Source of the DNA: a virus
DNA: 64,000 nucleotides
Virus record (IMG/VR): IMGVR_UViG_3300006153_000339
Location: 2,836 to 66,835 of that record
Direction: 5' to 3' (one strand)
Shown: positions 37,803 through 47,243 of the stretch, one piece after another
Numbering within the stretch: the first letter of the stretch is position 1
How the letters are laid out: each line of letters starts with the position of its first letter
The notes under the pieces: model-generated
The model's input: only the letters and a program-made list of their open reading frames with translations
What the model was told of the DNA's origin: nothing
Database searches by the model: none
Translations under genes and position numbers: made by a program

Positions 37803-38057
37803 ATGAAGGTAAAGGTTTTCAGCAAGGCGGCTTTCCTATCCTCGGATAGCGGGAAACGCCTTAGGACGATTCTCAGCGGTCACATCGGCCTATTGGACGG
37901 CAGGCAGGTACAGGAGACCGGCGATGGATTTGGCCGGATAGAGTATAAGGCAGACGGCCAGAGCTGGGAGTTGTATCCGGTTATGCCAGAGTGGTGCGTG
38001 GAAGACGCGCAGGAACGGATTATAGAACCATCTCGCATGAGGAGGGGAGATAGATGA
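37803..38057 (+). CDS. Hypothetical protein
   Basis: GGAGG RBS. Confidence 0.65.
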   Translation: MKVKVFSKAAFLSSDSGKRLRTILSGHIGLLDGRQVQETGDGFGRIEYKADGQSWELYPVMPEWCVEDAQERIIEPSRMRRGDR

Positions 38058-38467
38058 TGAACCCAATTGATGCAGAATTGTCCGAACTTTACAAAAGAGC
38101 CAAAAGGTTTCAGACAAATCAGGCACCATCTCCAGGCTATACGACCGGACAAATTGACGGGTTTTATGAAGGCGTTCTGTATGTGTTAGACAAAATCGCA
38201 GAGCAGTCCCGGACCCCTCTGACCCTGGAGGAGCTGCGGGAGATGGACAGGGAACCGGTGTGGGTTACGCCGACAAAAGCATCGAAAAACTGGTGGATGC
38301 CATCGACGGTATATTGGGATAGACCCAAAATGGACGCAGGGTGGTGGATGTTGGTTAATGCGGGAGAGAGAAAATGCTTTGAATCGCATTTGGCGAGCGC
38401 ATATTTCTCCGACTACGGAAAGAATTGGCTTGCCTACCGCCGCAGGCCGGAGGAGGGGAGGACATGA
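38054..38467 (+). CDS. Hypothetical phage protein
   Basis: PLTLEELREMD.EPVW...YGK.WLAYRR.PE module. Confidence 0.75.
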   Translation: MMNPIDAELSELYKRAKRFQTNQAPSPGYTTGQIDGFYEGVLYVLDKIAEQSRTPLTLEELREMDREPVWVTPTKASKNWWMPSTVYWDRPKMDAGWWMLVNAGERKCFESHLASAYFSDYGKNWLAYRRRPEEGRT

Positions 38468-39057
38468 AGCCAATTTTATTCAACACCGACATGGTTCGCG
38501 CCATTTTGGAGGGCCGAAAGACGGTGACGAGGCGGGTGGTGAAAGAGCCTTATTACATTGATGACGAAGAGATGAGCAGGGGCTCTGGCCTTGCCATGCA
38601 CCGCGGAACCAGTATGACGGACGGGATGCCATATCCCGACCAGCCCTACCGCCCCGGAGACATCCTGTATGTGCGGGAGACGTGGTGCAGACAGCCAAGC
38701 AAAGAGTACCCGTTTGTCTACAAGGCCAGTGTAGAAACACCGGCTGCATGGAAATGGCGGCCCTCCATCCACATGCCCCGTGAGGCCGCGCGGATTTTCC
38801 TGCGGGTGAAGGATGTAAGGGTGGAGAGGCTGCAGGAGATCACGGAGGAACAGGCGCAGGCAGAAGGAGTCAAGGGATGGATGGTAGCGACTGACCGAGA
38901 CTGGGACAAAAACCCGAATCATCTTATCGCTTTTCGCCATCTTTGGGACAGCACCATCAAGAAAGCAGACCGCGCCCTCTACGGCTGGGACGCCAACCTG
39001 TGGGTGTGGGTCATTGAGTTCGAGCGGTGCGAGAAGCCGGAAGGAGGTGCCACATGA
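38464..39057 (+). CDS. ASCH/PUA-like phage protein
   Basis: PILFN..MVRAIL.GRKT.TRR, WRPSIHMPR.AARI.L. Confidence 0.82.
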   Translation: MKPILFNTDMVRAILEGRKTVTRRVVKEPYYIDDEEMSRGSGLAMHRGTSMTDGMPYPDQPYRPGDILYVRETWCRQPSKEYPFVYKASVETPAAWKWRPSIHMPREAARIFLRVKDVRVERLQEITEEQAQAEGVKGWMVATDRDWDKNPNHLIAFRHLWDSTIKKADRALYGWDANLWVWVIEFERCEKPEGGAT

Positions 39058-39236
39058 TCAGCTGGAAAGATTGCGTTGTGCCAATCGGCGCAGGAGCAAT
39101 ACAACCAGCGCCTCTTCCGCCTCGTAGGAAGAAGGCCCAACACAAGTGTTCTACATGTGGGAATCAGAAGTGTTGTGTCAGCGGAACGGTTTGCAACTGG
39201 TTGCATTGTGGAGAGTGGAGGGAGCGGGATGTATGA
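39054..39236 (+). CDS. Cys-rich hypothetical protein
   Basis: AAGGAGGTG RBS, ATGA coupling. Confidence 0.55.
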   Translation: MISWKDCVVPIGAGAIQPAPLPPRRKKAQHKCSTCGNQKCCVSGTVCNWLHCGEWRERDV

Positions 39237-39441
39237 GTTTCCTGCGAGACTGCGGAAGCTGAGGGAGGAAAAGAGGCCCCTGCGGAGTATGGCAGTGACG
39301 TCGGAGCTGATCGGGCTTCAGCCAAACGCATTGAGCAAATATGAGCGCGGAACATCGAAGCCGACAGCAGAATCACTTGCCATGATTGCAGACTATTATC
39401 ACGTCAGCATGGACTATTTGTGGGGCAGGACAAATTATTAA
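39229..39441 (+). CDS. XRE HTH protein, candidate late regulator
   Basis: F..RL..LREE...YERG..KP...IADY..VS.DYL.GR; last gene before terS. Confidence 0.82.
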   Translation: MYEFPARLRKLREEKRPLRSMAVTSELIGLQPNALSKYERGTSKPTAESLAMIADYYHVSMDYLWGRTNY

Positions 39442-39692
39442 ATTTGCTGTACCAGAAAGTACAGTAGCTTCCGAAATCTGTGCTACACTGATGGCGTAGG
39501 GGTGTCGGCTACGCCCTTTCTCCATTCTTCCTCCTTCGCAAAGGGGTGGCGGATCGATGCCCGCCGCCCCCGATGCGGGGGATACGCGGCAACCCGGCGC
39601 ATGAACCGGTGGGCTGCGCCAATTCGTGCAAGGTAGCACAGCATAATTATCGCTATGCGTGAGGATAGATTTTTGACTGAGAGGTGGTGGCG

Positions 39693-40094
39693 GTGGCCCG
39701 TGGTAAGTTTGAATACTGGCTGACCGAGGACGGGCTGACGCTGCTGGAGGGATGGGCCAGGGACGGCCTTACCGATGAACAAATTGCACACAATGTTGGA
39801 ATTACTGCCACTACTCTGTATGAGTGGAAAAAGCGATTTCCTGAGATTTCTGAGGCCCTAAAAAAGGGCAAAGAGGTTGTGGACTTCCAAGTGGAGAACG
39901 CACTATTACAATCCGCCCTCGAAGGGAACATCACCGCTCAGATCTTTTGGCTTAAAAACCGCCAAAAAGTAAAGTGGAAGGACAAACCCGTGGAAGATGC
40001 CCAAACCGCCGCCCTTGAAACCGCCATGCGGGCGTTGGCGGACATCATCGAGAAGCCAGCGCAGACCCGGAATATTGGGGATTTTGAGGAATGA
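39693..40094 (+). CDS. terS: Terminase small subunit (HTH type)
   Basis: LEGWARDGLTDEQIA..G...TLYEWK...AQIFWLKNR. Confidence 0.82.
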   Translation: MARGKFEYWLTEDGLTLLEGWARDGLTDEQIAHNVGITATTLYEWKKRFPEISEALKKGKEVVDFQVENALLQSALEGNITAQIFWLKNRQKVKWKDKPVEDAQTAALETAMRALADIIEKPAQTRNIGDFEE

Positions 40095-40103
40095 GGGAGA
40101 AAG

Positions 40104-40655
40104 ATGGAATGGAGAGACATAGAGGGGTTTGAGGGGCTGTATGAGGTCAGTAATACTGGATTAGTCCGAGCAAAAGACCGTGAGATAAAAATCCGTGATT
40201 TTTACAGAAAGGTCAAAGGCGGTATAAGAAAGCTGTATGATGACCGGCATGGATATCTTTTGGTTGATTTGTATACGGGAAATGTTCGAACAAAATGTAA
40301 AGTTCATCGGCTTGTGTTGGAAGCGTTCTCTCCCGTCCCGAATTGTGAAGGTCTGGATGTCAATCATATTGATGGCGATAAGAAAAACAATAACCTTTCA
40401 AATTTGGAGTGGTGCACCAGACGAGACAATTTGATTCATGCTGTGAATACCGGCCTTACAAGTAAAAATATTGGGCTGGTAGCATATAAAGACGGAAAAG
40501 AATATCGGTCAAGTAGCATTTACGGAATGTATGACATTCTGAAAGGCGTTGAAAAGATAAACTGCAAAAGGAAAACATTTGGAGGAAATGTATGCCGGGC
40601 CATAAACACAAGCGGAGTTTACTACGGATATAGTTTTCGGAAGTTGGTGATTTGA
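40104..40655 (+). CDS. NUMOD4-HNH homing endonuclease
   Basis: WRDI.GFEG.YEVSN.G, VHRLV..AF, VNHIDG.K.NN..SNLEW...N..H. Confidence 0.92.
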   Translation: MEWRDIEGFEGLYEVSNTGLVRAKDREIKIRDFYRKVKGGIRKLYDDRHGYLLVDLYTGNVRTKCKVHRLVLEAFSPVPNCEGLDVNHIDGDKKNNNLSNLEWCTRRDNLIHAVNTGLTSKNIGLVAYKDGKEYRSSSIYGMYDILKGVEKINCKRKTFGGNVCRAINTSGVYYGYSFRKLVI

Positions 40656-41994
40656 TGAATCTTCCTGCACCATTCTCTCAGAACCAGAATGAATTTTTCT
40701 GGAGATGCTTTGATAGCTGGCTCAATGTGGCGGAGGGTGGTTAGGCAAGCGCGGCGGAAAAAACGTCCTTATCACGATGGCTTACTGCTCCATCCTGGAG
40801 AAGCACCCCAGCAAGATACACCTGATTGCCGGGGTGTCCACGTCAACCGCCCGCCTTAACATCCTGGACTGTGACGGATATGGCATGATGAACTTTTTTG
40901 AGGGAAGGTGCAGGCTGGGCCAGTACCAGAACCGTGATTGTCTGTATGTAAACGCACCGGCAGGAGAAAAAATCGTGCTGGTATCTGGTGGGGGGAAAGA
41001 CCGGGACGAACGCCTGATTAAGGGCAATACATACGGCACGGCCTACATAACCGAGGCAAATGAGTGCCACCCGAACTTCATCCAGGAGGTTTTTGACCGG
41101 ACAATTTCAAGCCCTGACCGCAAGGTGTTTCACGACCTGAACCCGAAAGCGCAGGGCCACTGGTATTATGATATTTTGAAGTTCCATGAGGAACAGCAGC
41201 GGCTTGACCCGGCCTACGGATACAATTACGGCCACTTCACCATCGCGGACAACATGAGTGTGTCTGATGAACAGCTACGGCGGATTCTCAAGACCTATGA
41301 TAAATCTACCGTGTGGTATGCACGGGATATCTTGGGGCAGAGGAAAGCGGCTGAGGGCCTGATCTACCAGTACTTCGCCAACCACACCGACGAATTCCTG
41401 ATTGACACTCCGCTGAAATGGTGTGAGGAAAAACGACAGAGGATTACCACCGTCATGATTGGCGTGGACTTTGGCGGAACTGGTTCCGCGAACAAGTTCC
41501 AGGCCACAGGCATTACAAATTGCGGCACAGTGCTGGCCCTGGATGAGGAGTATATCAAGCGAGAAATCGACCCAGACGCGCTGAACCGGGAGTTTTCAAC
41601 GTTTGTTCAGCGAGTGTCAGCGGCCTATGGCGATTCCGTAACCCGTGCCGACAGCGCCGAGCAAATCCTGATTCGTGGGTTCCGGCACACGGTGGAGAGA
41701 GACCGGCTGCGCACTACGGTTAAGAACGCTATCAAAATGGAGATCAACGACCGCATCCGCCTGGTGCTGCTGCTGATGGCGCAGAAGCGGCTATATATAT
41801 ATCGGAAGTGTGAGCACCTGATTGACGCGCTCCAGACTGCCGTCTATGACCCCAAGAGCTATGAGGACAAGCGGCTGGACGATGGGACAAGCGATATTGA
41901 TTCACTCGATGCGTTCGAGTACACCTTGGAACCCTGGTACAAGCAGCTCATTAGGGCCGTGGACGAAAAGCCATACACCCCGCTGTGGGGATGA
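40655..41994 (+). CDS. terL: Terminase large subunit (PBSX-type) interrupted by 5 extra nt and TAG at 40742-40744; bypass candidate or pseudogene
   Basis: Frame 1 MNLPAPFS...VAEGG*; frame 2 GKRGGKNV... through Walker B ITEANE and nuclease GVDFG/DSLDA. Confidence 0.85.
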
Positions 41995-42039
41995 TGGAGG
42001 TAAAGACCCGCCGCCGTTTGGAGAAAAGGAGAATATCAC

Positions 42040-42177
42040 ATGAACGAAATGATAATTTTTGAGAACGAGCAATTTGGGACTGTGCGCGTTATCGAGCAGG
42101 ACGGCGAACCGTGGTTTGTGGCGGCGGATGTGTGTCGGGCGCGGCTGAATCCGTACAGAAAGTTGAGGGAGGTATGA
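42040..42177 (+). pseudogene. Truncated Bro-N antirepressor fragment
   Basis: MNEMIIFENEQFGTVRVIEQDGEPWFVAADVCRA, then abrupt divergence. Confidence 0.8.
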
Positions 42178-43046
42178 GCGATTACAACATAAAAAGCATC
42201 CAAAAAAGTATTCGTAGAGAGTTCAAAGAAAAAGGTATTTTCTACACTACAAAAGACCTTGCCGAGCACCTGAAAAGTTTTCTGCCTGATGATGTGGATG
42301 AAATCTATGACCCCACCTGCGGAAACGGCGGCCTGCTGAGTGTGTTTGCGGACGATGTGCAGAAATACGGGCAGGACATCAACGCGGAACAGGTGAAGGA
42401 CGCAGAGAACCGTCTGAAAAATTTCCACGGTGTTGTTGGCGACACGCTGAGAGAACCGGCGTTTTGGGGGAAGAAATTCAAGTACATCATTGCAAACCCG
42501 CCATTCTCTATCAAGTGGGAGCCAAAATTGGATGAACGGTTTGGCGGATGGCCCTGCTTGCCGCCGCCCAGCAAAGCGGATTACGCGTTCTTGGCCCATA
42601 TTCTCCACTATCTTTCAGACGATGGGGATGCGATTGTCCTGAACTCTCCTGGGATTCTTTTCCGGGGCGGCGCGGAAGGAAAGATACGCCGCTGGCTGGT
42701 GGAACAAAATTATATTGATACCGTAATTTTGGTAGATAATGGGCATTTCGTTGATACGAAAATCGCAACAGCGGTTTTGATTCTGAAAAAGAACCGGGCA
42801 ACAACCGATGTGAAGTTCGCTCATAATAATTTGGAGCGGGTTGTTTCTGTTTCTGAAATGGCCGGCAATGACTACGATTTGGATGTTTTGTCGTATATTC
42901 ATGATGGAATAGAAAAAGAAGAAATTCTTCCGCCCGATGTTCTGATTCGGCAGTATCAAGAAAGACGCGATAGGCTGACTTCTGAAATGGATTGCATTCT
43001 CGGCCAGATTATGGAAATTCTTGAAGCAGATGGCAAGAAAAGATAA
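42174..43046 (+). CDS. N6-adenine DNA methyltransferase (short HsdM-like)
   Basis: G.FYT, YDPTCGNGGLL, IANPPFS, GILFRGGAE. Confidence 0.9.
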   Translation: MSDYNIKSIQKSIRREFKEKGIFYTTKDLAEHLKSFLPDDVDEIYDPTCGNGGLLSVFADDVQKYGQDINAEQVKDAENRLKNFHGVVGDTLREPAFWGKKFKYIIANPPFSIKWEPKLDERFGGWPCLPPPSKADYAFLAHILHYLSDDGDAIVLNSPGILFRGGAEGKIRRWLVEQNYIDTVILVDNGHFVDTKIATAVLILKKNRATTDVKFAHNNLERVVSVSEMAGNDYDLDVLSYIHDGIEKEEILPPDVLIRQYQERRDRLTSEMDCILGQIMEILEADGKKR

Positions 43047-43542
43047 ATTGCAACAGTGGTATATCGACCACGGGGTTTGCCCCGTGTGCGGGCGGCGTGA
43101 AGCGTGGCCAGGGGGCCAGACCTGCCCTGAATGCCGGGAAAAATCCACGCTGAACAATATAAAGTACCGCAGCCTTGACCGGGAACGAACCTATTACGCG
43201 CGCCGCAAGGAAAAGCGAGAGGCCCGCATTGCAGCTGGACTTTGCCCCAGGTGCGGGAAATCCGCAACAAACGGGCAACTGTGTTTGGAGCATTATATAA
43301 AAATGCGAAAAAGGCACGAAAAAGAGAAAGCGGAACGGGCGGCACGGGGCAATCCCCATAAATTGCGTATGGAAAGCGGTTTGTGCTATTGGTGCGATTC
43401 TCCTGCTATTGACGGGAAACGTCTTTGCGAAAAACATTACCGCGAACTGATGGAGCGGCCCGGATTTTCAAAGAGGGGAGGGAAAGACCACCCGTGGGCG
43501 AAAGACGAAACATCAAGGATAGAGGCGTTGAAGAAAAGCTGA
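43030..43542 (+). CDS. Triple zinc-finger repeat protein
   Basis: Three G.C..C...C..(C/H) units. Confidence 0.75.
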   Translation: MARKDKLQQWYIDHGVCPVCGRREAWPGGQTCPECREKSTLNNIKYRSLDRERTYYARRKEKREARIAAGLCPRCGKSATNGQLCLEHYIKMRKRHEKEKAERAARGNPHKLRMESGLCYWCDSPAIDGKRLCEKHYRELMERPGFSKRGGKDHPWAKDETSRIEALKKS

Positions 43543-44336
43543 ATGAGTTTGCGGCGTTTCTGGAAGGAAAAGAACTCTCGCAAAACACGATTGCCGCTTA
43601 CACAACATCTATGAAGCAGTTTTTTGAATCTCACGCAGACATTTCAAAAAAGAATGCACTTGCCTGGAAAAGGGAAATGCAAGAGCGCGGCTTGTCCCCT
43701 AAAACCATCAACATTCGGTTGAACGCATACAACACATATTGTGCCATGCTGGGAAATAACGCGGACAGCGTTAAAACCATGCGCGTCCATCAAGCGTCTG
43801 CTGTCAGCAATGTCATATCGGAGGCAGATTATAAAAAACTGCTTTCCGGCCTTGCGGAAGATAAAAATTGGCGCTGGTATTTTGGCGTAAAACTGCTGGC
43901 TATGACAGGGGCGCGGATAAGTGAATACATACGCTTGAAAAAATCTGATTTTGACCGTGGTTATGCAGAGATGTGGACGAAAGGGAAAAATCGTCGGATT
44001 TATATTCCTGATTCTTTTCGCAAGGAAGCGGCGGAACATTACAGCGACCTCGAAAGTTCGGACTACCTCATCAGAAACAGATATGGAGGGCAGTTTACCA
44101 GCCGTGGAGTAGCAGAAGCACTACAATCTCTTGCAGAAAGGCACGACATTGACAAGAAAGTAATGCACCCGCATTCATTCCGGCACCTTTTTGCTATTGA
44201 GTTTTTGCAAAGAAATTCTAACCTTTCTTTGCTTGCTGACGTGATGGGTCATTCCAGTGTGTCCACAACCGCAATTTATACTCGCATGACGCAAGAACAG
44301 CAGATTTCAGCAGTAAACAATGCTGTGAATTGGTAA
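43539..44336 (+). CDS. Tyrosine recombinase (start uncertain)
   Basis: SAM-like N-terminus, TGARISE, HSFRH, MGH, IY catalytic motifs. Confidence 0.9.
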   Translation: MNEFAAFLEGKELSQNTIAAYTTSMKQFFESHADISKKNALAWKREMQERGLSPKTINIRLNAYNTYCAMLGNNADSVKTMRVHQASAVSNVISEADYKKLLSGLAEDKNWRWYFGVKLLAMTGARISEYIRLKKSDFDRGYAEMWTKGKNRRIYIPDSFRKEAAEHYSDLESSDYLIRNRYGGQFTSRGVAEALQSLAERHDIDKKVMHPHSFRHLFAIEFLQRNSNLSLLADVMGHSSVSTTAIYTRMTQEQQISAVNNAVNW

Positions 44337-44350
44337 GGAGGGCCGCCGAA

Positions 44351-45787
44351 TTGAACATCCTGGAGAAACTGAAAGAAAAGGGCTATGACACCGTCCCCGC
44401 AGAGTTTTACGGCTGGATCGACACATGGAAGTCCTGGTATGATGGGAATGTCCCGGATTTCCACAATTACCGGGTGTTTAACGGACAGCAGACTGTCCAA
44501 TGCACTCGATACACTCTGGGTATGGGCAAGAAGGTGGCGGAGGACTGGGCGAATCTCCTGCTGAATGAAAAAGTAAAAATCACTTTAGAGGGCAAACGGG
44601 AGCAGGAATTTTTCAATTCTGTCTGCCGCGCCAACAACTTTGAGGTCAAGGCAAACGAAATGCAGGAGATGAAAGCAGGGCTTGGAACTGTGGCCTATGT
44701 CCCCCGTGTGACGAACGTACAGTTTGGTGGTTTCATCGGGAAGATCGGGCGACTGCTTGGCATTGGCAGAACGGCAATAAAAATCGACTATGTGACAGCA
44801 CAGAACATTTTCCCGCTGTCTTGGGAGAACGGACAGGTATATGAGTGTGCGTTTACCAGCAATGTGGTGGTTAAAGGGGAGAAATACCTCTATTTGCAGA
44901 TGCACAGAGTTGGTGATGACGGGAATTACATAATCGAAAATTCTCTGTATCGCGATAATAATGGGGGTCTTTCTGAAGTCAGTATTCGCACCGTTCCGCG
45001 ATTTGAAAGAGTTGCACCGGTTGTATATACAGGCTCTCCAGAGCGGCAGTTTGTTATTGACCGGCTGAACATTGCCAATAACTATGATTATACGCTTCCG
45101 ATGGGCATCCCGGCATTTGCAAACGCCATCGACCAGATGAAAGGCGTGGATATCGCCTATGACAGCTATGTAAATGAGTTTGTTCTTGGCAAAAAACGTA
45201 TCATGATCCAGCCTGGGGCCACAAAAACCATTGGTGGAAAACCGGTGTTTGACCCCCATGACGTGACGTTTTACGTATTCCCAGAGGACATCAAAGACGG
45301 AAACCTGATTGAACCCATTGACATGGCCCTGCGTACAGCAGAGCACAACGCAGGCTTGCAGGATATGCTCAATGCGCTCTCCAGCCGCTGTGGGTTTGGG
45401 GAGAACCACTACCGCTTCGACAATGGCAGTGTCGCCACAGCAACTCAGGTCATCAGCGAGAATTCCACGATGTTCCGCACCATCAAGAAACATGAAATTA
45501 TTCTTCGCGATGTGCTGAAGGAACTGGCTCAGATCATTTTGCGGCTTGGGAATTCGGTGCTCCATATGGGCCTGGATGAGGATGTTGAGATTTCCGTTGA
45601 TTTTGATGACTCCATAATCGAGGACAAGCAACAGGATTTTTCCCGCGATATGCAGCTGCTGAACGCTGATATCATGAATGCCTGGGAATTCCGGGCCAAG
45701 TGGATGAACGAGGATGAGGATACCGCAAAGGCATCCCTTCCCGGCATGGAGGATATGACGGACGAGGAACAGGACGAAATAGAGTAG
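44351..45787 (+). CDS. Portal protein (A118/SPP1 gp6-like)
   Basis: A.LLLNEKV, TATQV.SENS..RT, FDDSII.D. Confidence 0.92.
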   Translation: MNILEKLKEKGYDTVPAEFYGWIDTWKSWYDGNVPDFHNYRVFNGQQTVQCTRYTLGMGKKVAEDWANLLLNEKVKITLEGKREQEFFNSVCRANNFEVKANEMQEMKAGLGTVAYVPRVTNVQFGGFIGKIGRLLGIGRTAIKIDYVTAQNIFPLSWENGQVYECAFTSNVVVKGEKYLYLQMHRVGDDGNYIIENSLYRDNNGGLSEVSIRTVPRFERVAPVVYTGSPERQFVIDRLNIANNYDYTLPMGIPAFANAIDQMKGVDIAYDSYVNEFVLGKKRIMIQPGATKTIGGKPVFDPHDVTFYVFPEDIKDGNLIEPIDMALRTAEHNAGLQDMLNALSSRCGFGENHYRFDNGSVATATQVISENSTMFRTIKKHEIILRDVLKELAQIILRLGNSVLHMGLDEDVEISVDFDDSIIEDKQQDFSRDMQLLNADIMNAWEFRAKWMNEDEDTAKASLPGMEDMTDEEQDEIE

Positions 45788-45800
45788 AGCAATCAACAAC

Positions 45801-45838
45801 TTTGCACCTTGACAACCTCATATCGAGATAGCGGAAAA
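45801..45838 (+). repeat. boxA-like + anti-terminator arm, copy 2
   Basis: 45815-45832 pairs with 48028-48045 (one G-U). Confidence 0.85.
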
Positions 45839-45902
45839 ACTCATCAGCGAAAATTCGCTGGTGAAATTTAGGTTTTATAAATCAACGAAATGATTGAAAA
45901 TC

Positions 45903-45992
45903 ATGTTGAATGCAGAAATTGCAAAGTTCCAAAAGGAAGAACGCGCCGCAGTTACCAGTCTGGATGTAGCAGAGACATTAAGCCCGCTGTAG
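45903..45992 (+). pseudogene. Truncated Rha-like antirepressor fragment
   Basis: MLNAEIAKFQKEERAAVTSLDVAET, then stop. Confidence 0.55.
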
Positions 45993-46093
45993 CTGACCAC
46001 GCACAAGAATATTTGGATATTCTGCGGGATTCATTGCGGAATGCTTGACCCATGTGCAGCAGTACAAGGGGATTATTGAGGGGGGATTGAGAA

Positions 46094-46273
46094 TTGGATA
46101 AGATAATCAGAAGGCTACTCATAAACCAGTCGCATTTGGCCAACATACTGAAAATTATAATCTCCAATGTTTTTGAGTATCATTGCAATAGTTTAGATAG
46201 CGTGATATCCAATAATGAGAAAATTCTTGAAGAGTTGGATAAAATCGACAAGAAAAAGCAAAAAACAAAATGA
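46094..46273 (+). CDS. Hypothetical protein (59 aa)
   Basis: GAGGGGGG RBS, TTG start. Confidence 0.5.
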   Translation: MDKIIRRLLINQSHLANILKIIISNVFEYHCNSLDSVISNNEKILEELDKIDKKKQKTK

Positions 46274-46285
46274 AAGGAGGCCCCC

Positions 46286-46474
46286 ATGCAAGTAACATAC
46301 AACGGCTTCACCGGGGAGCTGGTGAAGCTGGAGCGGATCAAGTGTCCGCCGCTCAACGGAGCGCATATCTATGACATCTCCATTTATGACGATGAAAACA
46401 GGTGCATTCACTCCTTCACCGGCGTAAAGCTGGAAGACGTGAAGTTTTTGGGCGTGGAGGTAAGTTTTGGATGA
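46286..46474 (+). CDS. Hypothetical phage protein
   Basis: AAAGGAGG RBS; MQVTYNGFTGELVKLER. Confidence 0.75.
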   Translation: MQVTYNGFTGELVKLERIKCPPLNGAHIYDISIYDDENRCIHSFTGVKLEDVKFLGVEVSFG

Positions 46475-47040
46475 AAAAAATTCCAACCCTGTTTGAACGA
46501 AGGTATGAAAACCACCGCATTGTTGGCATCAGCGATAAGGTGTGTCCCGGCATGGAATGGGTTCTTGCTGGAGAGGGCGTGGCAACGGTCAAGATTGATG
46601 GTTCCTGTTGCGCCATCATCAACGGCGAACCCTACAAGCGGTATGACGCCAAGAAGGGCAAGAAACCGCCTGCTGGCGCAATCCCCTGCTGTGAGCCTGA
46701 CCCCGTAACGGGGCATTGGCCCCATTGGGTAAAGGTTGACGGGGATAACCATGCCGATAAATGGTTTATTGCCGCTTTTGAGAATTCTACTTGCCCACTC
46801 TCAGATGGTACGTTTGAGGCCGTTGGGCCGCACTTCCAGGGGAACCCATACAATTATACTTCGGATTTACTTCTCCCGCATGGAGATGAAAAAATTAGTG
46901 TTCTCAGAACCTTTGATGGAATCAGGCATTACCTTATGGAACACGAAATTGAGGGCATTGTGTTTTGGAAGGGCGGCGAACCGCGGTGCAAAATCAAGCG
47001 TTCCGATTTTGGCTTTGAATGGCCAGTCAAAGGGCGGTGA
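46471..47040 (+). CDS. RNA ligase-like nucleotidyltransferase (DUF5565/RLIG1-like)
   Basis: KxDG motif (VKIDGSCC), GHWPHWV, E.VG, EGIVF, KIKR. Confidence 0.72.
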   Translation: MKKIPTLFERRYENHRIVGISDKVCPGMEWVLAGEGVATVKIDGSCCAIINGEPYKRYDAKKGKKPPAGAIPCCEPDPVTGHWPHWVKVDGDNHADKWFIAAFENSTCPLSDGTFEAVGPHFQGNPYNYTSDLLLPHGDEKISVLRTFDGIRHYLMEHEIEGIVFWKGGEPRCKIKRSDFGFEWPVKGR

Positions 47041-47046
47041 CGTTCG

Positions 47047-47229
47047 GTGAGCAAACCGAAAATCAAATACGAGCTTCGCCAAGAACACATTCTGGCAATG
47101 GAGAGCGTGATGAACCAATATGGCGACACTGTATCTGCAAAGCCTGGAAAAGATGGGGAGATCAAGATCATCCGCGACAGAAAAGAACTTATCAAAATTG
47201 AGCCGGAAAAGGGCGGCTCTGGAGGCTGA
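47047..47229 (+). CDS. Hypothetical protein
   Basis: Fills the gap in the operon. Confidence 0.5.
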   Translation: MSKPKIKYELRQEHILAMESVMNQYGDTVSAKPGKDGEIKIIRDRKELIKIEPEKGGSGG

Positions 47230-47243
47230 AAGGAGCTGTACAA

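Noticed and set aside
40733..40746. Simple -1 frameshift rescue of terL
   Set aside because: It would insert residues (WL) into Walker A, and there is no canonical slippery heptamer; less plausible than bypass though not excluded
40736..40749. Group I intron or intein in terL
   Set aside because: Only 5 extra nt; no intron core or intein sequence, and the HNH lies outside the gene
42174..44336. Complete type I R-M shufflon
   Set aside because: No hsdS or hsdR, and no flanking inverted repeats found
45952..46167. Minus-strand 71-aa ORF
   Set aside because: Plus-strand Rha fragment and the RBS-bearing 46094-46273 ORF explain the region better
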